Under the pieces are notes generated by a model. That model worked only from the letters and a program-made list of their open reading frames with translations, made no database searches and had not been told where the DNA came from. Below are positions 17,711-25,163 of a stretch of DNA of 32,908 nt, in pieces. Numbering within the stretch: the stretch's first letter is position 1; every line of letters begins with the position of its first letter. Made by a program: the position numbers and the translations under genes. The stretch is from Thermoproteota archaeon (GTDB taxonomy: Archaea > Korarchaeota > Korarchaeia > Korarchaeales > Korarchaeaceae): contig JAOZFH010000014.1 of assembly GCA_027491415.1 (NCBI GenBank), positions 1 to 32,908 of the forward strand. Reading direction: 5' to 3'.

Positions 17711-18807
17711 TCCCCTTGGGAACCCTGCAGGGATCGCTCGGGGACGAGCGGGTGGTCGTCACCGGAGAGCTCTCTGAGCTGGCGGAGCTGGCGGAGAAGG
17801 GGTACGGCTCGCTCGAGGGGGGCGCCCTCCGGCTGACCCTGATAGAGGCAGCCGAGCTGGCCCGTCAGGGAGTGCTGAAGGTCGTGGATCGCGGGAAACC
17901 GGTCGAGACCCCGGAGCTTATCGAGCTCATCGCGAGGTCCAATCCCGAGGACTTCCTGAGGTTCCTCGTCTACAGCGACCTCAGGAAGCACGGGAGGGTG
18001 CTCCGGGTCGAGCCGGCCACACCCTTCCTGCGCCTCTACCCGCGCGGTGGGCGAATAGGGAGATCCGTTGCCAAGTCCCTTGTTCTCCCCCTTTCAGAGG
18101 ACGAGCCGATCACCCACTCCGAGCTTCTAGACTACGTCAAGTACGCTGGGAGGCTGAGGAGGAGCCTCGTGATGGCCGTCGTGGACGACGAGATGAACGT
18201 CACGTACTACGAGGCCACCGGCTTCCTCCCGCAGCCGATAGGGCCCCCCCGGATCCCAGAGGGCCTGAGGGTGACCGGCAGGCTCACCCACGACAGGGTG
18301 ATAGTCTGGGACCCCGAGAAGGCCGACGCCCTCTACGCGGGCGGATTCTGGGGGCACCACATAGGGGTCGAGAAGCCGAGGCCGAAAACCCCCTACCGAC
18401 TTCCGCTTCAGATGTCCCTGTTCGAGGCGCTCTACCTCGTCGAGGCGGGGGTTCTCGACGTAGAGTCTCCTAACGGGGGCCTGTCGGCCGACGACCTGAG
18501 GAGAATCCTGTCAGAGGTTAGAAGGGACGCGGAGGCCAGGTATCTGGTGTTCAAGAGGTGGAGAGACCTGGGTTACGTCGCCAAGCCGGCCTCCAAGTAC
18601 GGATCTGACTTCATGGTGTATGAGAGGGGGCCCGGAATAGATCACGCCCCCTACCTGTGCCTCGTGGGACGAGCGGAGTCCAAAATAACTCCCGTAGAGC
18701 TGATAAGGGCTGGCAGGATCGCCACAAGCGTGAGGAAGTCCCTGGTCGTATCTGTGGTCGCAGGGGATTCGATTCTGAGCTACAAGCTCGAGTGGTACAA
18801 GCCCTGA
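17707..18807 (+). CDS. endA: tRNA splicing endonuclease, two-unit fused (alpha2-like) form
   Basis: Two EndA repeats; C-terminal unit has KYGSDFMVY..GPGIDH...RIATSVRK (Tyr/His/Lys triad). Confidence 0.93.
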   Translation: MIPLGTLQGSLGDERVVVTGELSELAELAEKGYGSLEGGALRLTLIEAAELARQGVLKVVDRGKPVETPELIELIARSNPEDFLRFLVYSDLRKHGRVLRVEPATPFLRLYPRGGRIGRSVAKSLVLPLSEDEPITHSELLDYVKYAGRLRRSLVMAVVDDEMNVTYYEATGFLPQPIGPPRIPEGLRVTGRLTHDRVIVWDPEKADALYAGGFWGHHIGVEKPRPKTPYRLPLQMSLFEALYLVEAGVLDVESPNGGLSADDLRRILSEVRRDAEARYLVFKRWRDLGYVAKPASKYGSDFMVYERGPGIDHAPYLCLVGRAESKITPVELIRAGRIATSVRKSLVVSVVAGDSILSYKLEWYKP

Positions 18808-18816
18808 CCACCAAGG

Positions 18817-19236
18817 TCACTCAAGCTCGGATATTCTGCCTGACAGCTTCTGGGCCAAGAGTTCTGCTCTTATTCCCTTCCTCTCCGCCAACTCCAGGGT
18901 CACCTGTGCTCCCGCCCCCGACACCTCGAGTTCCTCCAGCGGGAGGGCGAAGAAAACCCCTCTCTTAAGCTTCTTGAACTTCACGACGACCCAGGCAGAT
19001 GCTCCGAGGGCTCGAGACAGCTTCTCGAGGGACTCTATCTCGCCTATGGGCACGTAGGCCCTGTCCGACGAGGTGGTCTTCACCTCTATCACGGCGAGGC
19101 CTCCGGGCCCACCCGCCACGACGTCGGCTGAGGGGAGGCCCGTCGAGCCGCTCCCGGCCACCCTGACCGCGCCGATCCCTTGCCTCCAGAAGAGCCTGAC
19201 CAGGTCTCTCTCGGCCTGGGACCCCCGTCGGGGCAT
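18817..19236 (-). CDS. hjc: Holliday junction resolvase Hjc
   Basis: G..AERDL, RVAGSG, DVVAG, IEVK (PD-(D/E)xK). Confidence 0.92.
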   Translation of the reverse strand: MPRRGSQAERDLVRLFWRQGIGAVRVAGSGSTGLPSADVVAGGPGGLAVIEVKTTSSDRAYVPIGEIESLEKLSRALGASAWVVVKFKKLKRGVFFALPLEELEVSGAGAQVTLELAERKGIRAELLAQKLSGRISELE

Positions 19237-19238
19237 TG

Positions 19239-20144
19239 CTATCCCCCCCTTGTGAGGGGCAGCGCCCCGGACTCCGTGACCACGTACGTGTCCTCCCACT
19301 GGGCCACCGGCCCCCCTCTAGACTCGACGAGCGGCGGGTACTCCCGCAGCCCCCTCTTCTTCACGAGCCTCCTGATGGCGTACTCCACCCTCATGCCCGT
19401 GATCGGAATAAGCCACCTCTCGCAGAACGGCAGCCTCTTGAAAGTGTCTCTGGCGGCGACCATGACCCTCCTCTCGGCGACGTCCGAGGTTCGGACGTTC
19501 TTGGCATACGAGAATATGTACCCAGGGCGCGCCTCCACCACGAAGCCCGAGCCCTCGGGGGTAGTCACGAACGGCTCCACGGCGAATACGTCGCCCACCC
19601 TGAACTTGTAGAGGCTGAGCCTCTGGGGGACGTTCGGGACGTCGACGCCAGCGTGCAGCTTGTACTCAGATATCTTGTGCCCGGCGAGGTTTACGATCGG
19701 CTGAAGTCCCCTTGACCTGATCTCATCGTAGATGGCCCTGCTGACCGCCTTCACCGGGACTCCCGGAGCCATCGTCCTGCCCGCGGCCTCGAGGGCAGCA
19801 CGCGCCGCCTCCACAAGCGAGCCGTAGTTCCCGCTGAGGTCTACGGTCCTGGCGGCGTCTACGATGAGGCCGCCGTGTCGGGCGCCCACGTCGACCTTCA
19901 GGAGGGCACCCTCGGGGACGACGGCATCGTCCTCTGGCGGCGGGGTGTAGTGCGCTGCAACCTCGTTGATCGAGAGGTTGACGGGAAAGGCAGGCTCGTA
20001 GCCCACCTCCCTTATCTCCGACTCAATCGACTCTGCGACCTCCAGGAGCTTGACCCCTGGCCTGATCTCTCGAACGACCCTGTCGAGGAGAGAGCCCACG
20101 AACCTGCCCAACTCCACGTAATCTGGCGGGAGGTCGAACCCCAT
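19239..20144 (-). CDS. map: Methionine aminopeptidase type II
   Basis: AFPVNLSINEVAAHYTP, KVDVG, DAART, GHKI..YKLHAG, AVEPF, AQWEDT. Confidence 0.97.
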   Translation of the reverse strand: MGFDLPPDYVELGRFVGSLLDRVVREIRPGVKLLEVAESIESEIREVGYEPAFPVNLSINEVAAHYTPPPEDDAVVPEGALLKVDVGARHGGLIVDAARTVDLSGNYGSLVEAARAALEAAGRTMAPGVPVKAVSRAIYDEIRSRGLQPIVNLAGHKISEYKLHAGVDVPNVPQRLSLYKFRVGDVFAVEPFVTTPEGSGFVVEARPGYIFSYAKNVRTSDVAERRVMVAARDTFKRLPFCERWLIPITGMRVEYAIRRLVKKRGLREYPPLVESRGGPVAQWEDTYVVTESGALPLTRGG

Positions 20145-20211
20145 CTTTCGGCTTCCGAGTTGCGGCGATGATTAATTTAACATGGAGTGCTCAAAAGCCA
20201 GGAGGGCGCAG

Positions 20212-20844
20212 TTGCGCAGGATCATAGCGAGATCTGGGTGCAGCGAGGAGGGATTCAGGATCGCGGTAGAGGTCTTGGGGAGGGGCGGCCTCGTTATCTA
20301 CCCTACAGACACTACCTACGGGTTGGCAGCCGACGCGGAGAACAGGGAGGCCGTGCTGAAGGTCTACAGGGTCAAGGTGAGGCCGAGGAGCAACCCGCTC
20401 ACGATCGCGGTAGGCGACTTCGAGATGATGGCCCGCTACGCGGTCTTTGATGAGAGGCTCGAGAGCTTCATGAGGGAGTTCCTGCCCGGGGCCGTCACGT
20501 TCATTCTGCCGAAGACCGAGAAGGTCCCGGATGAGGTGAACCCCAGGGCGATAGGCGTGAGGATCCCAAACAACCCCATAGCCATCGAGCTGGTTCAGAG
20601 GTTCGGGAGGGCCATAACCGCCACCAGCGCCAACATCAGCGGAAGGCCCCCCGCCTACACGCCGGAAGAGGCTATGATGGCCCTCCCCGATGCCGACCTT
20701 ATAATAGATGCTGGCCCCCTCCCCAGGGGACTGGCCTCTACGGTCGTGGACCTCACCTCCGGGAGGCCAGAACTCGTGAGGCAGGGGCCCGTCCCCTTCG
20801 AGGAGATCCTGAAGAAGTTCCAGGAGGTGGTTGGGGGCGCTTGA
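20212..20844 (+). CDS. tsaC: L-threonylcarbamoyladenylate synthase, single-domain TsaC/YrdC type
   Basis: YPTDTTYGL, K.R..NPL, PGAVT, TSANISG, STVVD; TTG 20212 has GGAGGG SD (ATG 20182 alternative). Confidence 0.93.
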   Translation: MRRIIARSGCSEEGFRIAVEVLGRGGLVIYPTDTTYGLAADAENREAVLKVYRVKVRPRSNPLTIAVGDFEMMARYAVFDERLESFMREFLPGAVTFILPKTEKVPDEVNPRAIGVRIPNNPIAIELVQRFGRAITATSANISGRPPAYTPEEAMMALPDADLIIDAGPLPRGLASTVVDLTSGRPELVRQGPVPFEEILKKFQEVVGGA

Positions 20845-21851
20845 TCGCCCTGGGGATTGAGTCCACCGCTCACACCTTCGGCGTGGGCCTGGCGACCTCA
20901 GAGGGCGAGATATTGGCCAACGCCAGGTCCGTCCTCAAGTCCCCCGAAGGCGGGCTCAAGCCGGGTGAGGCTGCGGAGCACCACGCGAGGAATGCCAGGT
21001 CCGTCATCGAGACCGCCCTGAGGGAGGCTGACATCTCGCTGGGTGACGTTGACCTCGTCGGCTTCGCCCAGGGGCCCGGCCTGGGCCAGCCGCTCCAAGT
21101 GGGCGCCGTGGCAGCCAGGACGCTCGCGCTCCGCCTGGGCGTCCCACTAGTTGGGGTGAACCACCCGATAGCCCACATAGAGATCGGGAGGCTGGTTACC
21201 GGGGCTAGAGATCCCCTGGTGGTCTACGTCTCGGGCGGAAACACGCAGATCATGGTTCACCGCGAGAAGGGATTCAGGATCATCGGTGAGACCCTAGACA
21301 TAGGCCTGGGCAACGCTCAGGAGAAGGTGGGCCGCCTTCTGGGCTTCCCCTTTCCGGCAGGCCCCCACCTGGATCGCGTGGAGGGAGGCTGGGTCGACCT
21401 GCCTTACACCGTGAAGGGCATGGACCTCTCGTTCAGCGGCATCGTCACGGAGGTCGAGAGGAGGCTCAAGGAGGGAGCTGACAGGGACGACGTGGCCTGG
21501 AGCTTCGTGGAGGTCGCCTTCTCCATGCTGGCAGAGGTGACCGAGAGGGCCCTCGCGGCAACGGGTCGGGACGAGGTCCTGATCGTGGGAGGGGTAGCCG
21601 CCTCGCCCAGGCTCCAGGAGAAGATCAGGACCATGTGCGAGGCCAGGGGCGCCAGGATGCTGGTGCCCCCGCCAGAGTACCTCAGGGATAACGGGGCCAT
21701 GATCGCCTGGACGGCCCTCCTGGCCTACGCCCAGTTCGGTCCCCTCGGAGTGGAGGAGAGTGCTATCAAGCCGAGGTGGAGGCCTGACGAGGTCGAGTGG
21801 AAGCTCTTAGGGCCCGAGGAGTTGCGCTTAATACTGAGGGATCGTTCCTAG
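20841..21851 (+). CDS. kae1: KEOPS t6A threonylcarbamoyltransferase Kae1 (stand-alone)
   Basis: LGIESTAHT, GPGLG, NH..AHIEIG, YVSGGNTQ, GETLD, KGMDLSFSG, DNGAMIA. Confidence 0.97.
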   Translation: MIALGIESTAHTFGVGLATSEGEILANARSVLKSPEGGLKPGEAAEHHARNARSVIETALREADISLGDVDLVGFAQGPGLGQPLQVGAVAARTLALRLGVPLVGVNHPIAHIEIGRLVTGARDPLVVYVSGGNTQIMVHREKGFRIIGETLDIGLGNAQEKVGRLLGFPFPAGPHLDRVEGGWVDLPYTVKGMDLSFSGIVTEVERRLKEGADRDDVAWSFVEVAFSMLAEVTERALAATGRDEVLIVGGVAASPRLQEKIRTMCEARGARMLVPPPEYLRDNGAMIAWTALLAYAQFGPLGVEESAIKPRWRPDEVEWKLLGPEELRLILRDRS

Positions 21852-21868
21852 GTCCGGGTGCCCGGGCC

Positions 21869-22471
21869 TTGAAGATATGCCTCACAGGCTTCACCGGAAC
21901 TGGGAAGAGCACCCTAGCAAGGAGGCTCGCTGCCCACTACGGGCTGGACTACGTCTCCGGTGGAAACGTCCTCAAAAAGCTCATTGGCGGTGAAGAGGCT
22001 CTCAGTGACCCTGGATGGTGGGAGAGGGAGGGTGGTAAGCGCGCAATGGAGCTCAGGAAGCAGGACCCGAGCTTCGACAGGAGGGTGGACGAGGAACTCA
22101 TCAGGCTCGCGATGGAGAGGGGGGACGTGGTGCTGGACTCGTGGACCATGGCCTACCTGCTCGAGGCCGACGACAAGGTGGCGATCTTCCTCAAGGCTGA
22201 CCTCGGAGTCAGGGCCGAGAGGGTGGCCAAGAGGGATGGGACGAGCGTTGAGGAGGCCAAGGTGGCCATTCTCAGGAAGGATGCAGAGACCAAGAAGATC
22301 TACCTCTCCCTCTACGGATTCAGGCTCGGGGAGGACCTGAGCCCATTCAACCTAGTTCTCGACACCACCAGGCTGTCCGCGGACGAGACCTTCGACGTGG
22401 TCAGGAGGTTCATCGACTACTGGTTTAACGTCAGGCTCGGGAGGGGTGATCTCAATGATAAGGAGGAGTGA
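21869..22471 (+). CDS. cmk: Archaeal-type cytidylate kinase
   Basis: P-loop GFTGTGKST, VSGG, FDRRVD, RAERVAKRDG, LVLDT. Confidence 0.85.
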   Translation: MKICLTGFTGTGKSTLARRLAAHYGLDYVSGGNVLKKLIGGEEALSDPGWWEREGGKRAMELRKQDPSFDRRVDEELIRLAMERGDVVLDSWTMAYLLEADDKVAIFLKADLGVRAERVAKRDGTSVEEAKVAILRKDAETKKIYLSLYGFRLGEDLSPFNLVLDTTRLSADETFDVVRRFIDYWFNVRLGRGDLNDKEE

Positions 22472-23129
22472 GCTCGTCAAGATGATCGACCACACGCTCC
22501 TCAAGCCTCAGGCCACCGAGTCCGACGTGGCCGGGCTCGTGGAAGAGGGTCTGAAGTATGGGTTCCACTCGGTGGTGGTGAACCCGTACTACGTTCCCCT
22601 GGCCGCGAGGCTGGCGAGGGGTTCAAGCCTGAAGGTCTGCTCCGTCGTGGGCTTTCCGCTCGGCGCCACCCTGCCCGAGGTCAAGGCGCGTGAGGCCGAG
22701 CTGGTGGGCAGGCAGGGCGCCTCGGAGGTGGACATGGTGATCAACGTGGGCGCCCTGAGGAGCGGCCTGGACGACATCGTCCTCGAGGACGTGAGGGGGG
22801 TCGTCAGGGCCTTCAGGGGGGTGGTACCCGGGGGAGTCGTGAAAGTCATACTGGAGACGGGGCTGCTGAAACGAGAGGAGATAGAGGCGGCATGCGCCTT
22901 GGTGGAGGAGGCTGGCGCAGACTTCGTCAAGACATCCACCGGTTTTGGGCCGAGAGGCGCAACGGTCGAGGACGTGAGGCTCCTGAGGAACCTAGTGGGC
23001 GACAGGCTCGGGGTGAAGGCCGCCGGTGGAATAAGGACCTATGAGCAGGCCGTTGCCATGATAGAGGCCGGCGCAAACAGGATAGGGACCAGCTCAGGCG
23101 TCAAGATAGCGGAGGGGGCGCCCGAGTAA
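22455..23129 (+). CDS. deoC: Deoxyribose-phosphate aldolase
   Basis: IDHTLLKP, VVGFPLG, EVDMVIN, KVILET, FVKTSTGF, VKAAGGIR, RIGTS. Confidence 0.98.
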   Translation: MIRRSELVKMIDHTLLKPQATESDVAGLVEEGLKYGFHSVVVNPYYVPLAARLARGSSLKVCSVVGFPLGATLPEVKAREAELVGRQGASEVDMVINVGALRSGLDDIVLEDVRGVVRAFRGVVPGGVVKVILETGLLKREEIEAACALVEEAGADFVKTSTGFGPRGATVEDVRLLRNLVGDRLGVKAAGGIRTYEQAVAMIEAGANRIGTSSGVKIAEGAPE

Positions 23130-23182
23130 CCGTAATTAACCCGGCCCCTGCAGTAGGGAACTGAGGGCGCGCGGCGGCGCGG

Positions 23183-24076
23183 GTGAGGTTGGACTTGGGA
23201 GCAAAGGAGGGGCTTGTGGCAGAGGCCGAGGAGATAAGGCAGCGCTATCAGGTGGTCGGCCGGAGGGAAGAGCTGCGGAGGATACTGGCCGCCGCCAGGG
23301 CAGGGAAGCACATACTCCTCGAGGGGCCCGTGGGGGTGGGGAAGACCTTCCTGGCCAAGGTGGTGGCCTCGCACCTGGGCAGGGAATTCATTAGGGTAGA
23401 CGGAGACGAGAGGCTAACCGAGGCCAGGCTGATTGGATACTGGGATCCCCCGCTGGTCCTCAGCAGGGGGTACGTGCGGGAGGCCTTCGTCGAGGGTCCC
23501 CTGACCAGGGCCGCGCTGAGCGGGGGAGTCCTGTTCATCAACGAGCTGAACAGGCTCCCGGAGTCCGCTCAGAACGCCCTCCTCCCAGTGATGGATGAGG
23601 GCATAATCACGGTCCCACACCTGGGCGAGTTCAGGGCGAGGGAGGGCTTTCTGATAGTGGCAACCCAGAACCCGGAGGAGAGCATCGGCGTGACCAGGCT
23701 CTCGGAGGCGCTCAGGGATAGGTTCGTCCTCGTGAGGCTGGAGTACCAGTCAGAGGAAGAGGAGCGGGAGATTGTGAGGCTGAGGAGCGGAGTCGAGGAT
23801 CCGAGGATCGTCGGCACGGCCGTCAGGATAGTTCGGGAGACCAGGAGCGATCCCTCCATAAGGAGGGGCGCCTCCGTCAGATCGGCCATAGACCTCGCAT
23901 CGGTCGTGAGGCAGATCTGTGAGGACCCGACGGAGGGGGACTGGATCACCGCCGCGATCATGGTCCTCAGCCCCAGGGTTGAACTCCGCGACGGCGTGAC
24001 CGACGACGTCGAGTCTGTGATCAGGGACCTAGTTCTCAGGGCGTTACGGGGAGCGGCCGAGGGTTTTCGGGAGTAG
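23183..24076 (+). CDS. MoxR-like AAA+ ATPase
   Basis: Walker A GPVGVGKT, Walker B-like LFINELNR, ATQNP sensor 1, LSEALRDRF arginine finger, GASVR sensor 2. Confidence 0.93.
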   Translation: MRLDLGAKEGLVAEAEEIRQRYQVVGRREELRRILAAARAGKHILLEGPVGVGKTFLAKVVASHLGREFIRVDGDERLTEARLIGYWDPPLVLSRGYVREAFVEGPLTRAALSGGVLFINELNRLPESAQNALLPVMDEGIITVPHLGEFRAREGFLIVATQNPEESIGVTRLSEALRDRFVLVRLEYQSEEEEREIVRLRSGVEDPRIVGTAVRIVRETRSDPSIRRGASVRSAIDLASVVRQICEDPTEGDWITAAIMVLSPRVELRDGVTDDVESVIRDLVLRALRGAAEGFRE

Positions 24077-24095
24077 AGGGGCGGACCGGCGCCCC
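24061..24095 (+). other. Putative -1 programmed ribosomal frameshift signal
   Basis: G_GGT_TTT at 24061-24067 in the AAA+ frame; hairpin GGGGCG-GACCGG-CGCCCC at 24078-24095; -1 frame is open into the vWA ORF. Confidence 0.7.
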
Positions 24096-24096
24096 G

Positions 24097-25128
24097 ATGA
24101 CGCTCAGCCCGCCTCCGAGCACCTCCGGCGTCCCCAGCGAGCCTGAGCCCAGGCTGGGCGAGTGGCGAGAGATTGACCTAGACTACGAATCCCTGTACGC
24201 CAGGGCCGCCTCGGCGGCGTCGTCGGGCTCTCTGGGTGAGCTCATCTCTCTGGCAGCCCTGAGCAGCGTGGCCGTTGCTAGGGCGATCTCGGAGGGTGGG
24301 CTGGAGGGAACCTTTCTCAGGTCCTTGGAGAGAAACCCGGCGGCCGGCATGAGGCTTTACCGACAGATAAGGTGGCACCTCAACCCCGAGCTCAGGAGGA
24401 GGTTCAGGTCCCTCCTCAGCAAGGTCGCGCTGAGGAGTGGGGTGAGGATCGCCTCGCTTGCGTCCGGCAGGTCAATGCGCGTTCTAACGAGGTACGAGCC
24501 GGGCATGGACTTCGACGCCGAGGAGACCATACAGAGGCTGATCTCCAGCGGAAAGAGTCTGAAGGAACTCACCTACGAGGATGTCGTCGGGGTTAGGAGG
24601 GTGGAGCGGAGCCGCGGGGCTGTCATAATATTGGACGCAAGCGGCTCGATGACGGGGGGCAAGATCGCGGCCGCGGCGCTCTCCGCGGCCGTCGCAGCTC
24701 ACCTCATGAGGGCGGACGAGTACGCGATCGTCGCGTTCAACACGGAGCCCTTCGTCTTAAAGGGGGTGAGGGACAAGACCCCCATTGAGAGGGTGATCGA
24801 GGAGATAATGGACTTGGCCCCGCTTGGCTACACCAACATGAGGGGGGCCTTAGAGGTGGCCCTGAAGCAGGGCGCCCTTATCAAGAGGCCAGACAAGAGG
24901 TACGTCCTGATCACCGACGGGCTCTACAACGTTGGAGGAGATCCCCGGTCGGTGGCCAGGCGCCTCAGCGGGCTCAACGTGATAGGGGTGAGGGGATGGG
25001 GCGGGAGAAGGACCGCCGCCGGCATGCGGCTCTGCGCCGAGCTGGCGAAGATGGGAGGCGGGAGGTTCATAGAGCTGAGAAGCCCCCAGGGAGTCCCGAC
25101 GGCCGTGGCCAGGATTCTGGAGTCCTGA
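24097..25128 (+). CDS. von Willebrand factor A (MIDAS) domain protein, possibly made only as a frameshift fusion
   Basis: ILDASGSM (DxSxS), GYTN, LITDG; Pro/Ser-rich N-terminus. Confidence 0.9.
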   Translation: MTLSPPPSTSGVPSEPEPRLGEWREIDLDYESLYARAASAASSGSLGELISLAALSSVAVARAISEGGLEGTFLRSLERNPAAGMRLYRQIRWHLNPELRRRFRSLLSKVALRSGVRIASLASGRSMRVLTRYEPGMDFDAEETIQRLISSGKSLKELTYEDVVGVRRVERSRGAVIILDASGSMTGGKIAAAALSAAVAAHLMRADEYAIVAFNTEPFVLKGVRDKTPIERVIEEIMDLAPLGYTNMRGALEVALKQGALIKRPDKRYVLITDGLYNVGGDPRSVARRLSGLNVIGVRGWGGRRTAAGMRLCAELAKMGGGRFIELRSPQGVPTAVARILES

Positions 25129-25135
25129 CGCGCAC

Positions 25136-25142
25136 TTTATAT
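25136..25142 (+). promoter_or_regulatory. TATA box for tRNA-Leu and possibly the peptidase
   Basis: TTTATAT 25 nt upstream of the tRNA 5' end. Confidence 0.65.
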
Positions 25143-25163
25143 CCCGGGTGGAAGGTGCGGTCA

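Noticed and set aside
24996-25163. ORF-track start of the peptidase at 24996
   Set aside because: Lies inside the vWA gene and upstream of the TATA at 25136.
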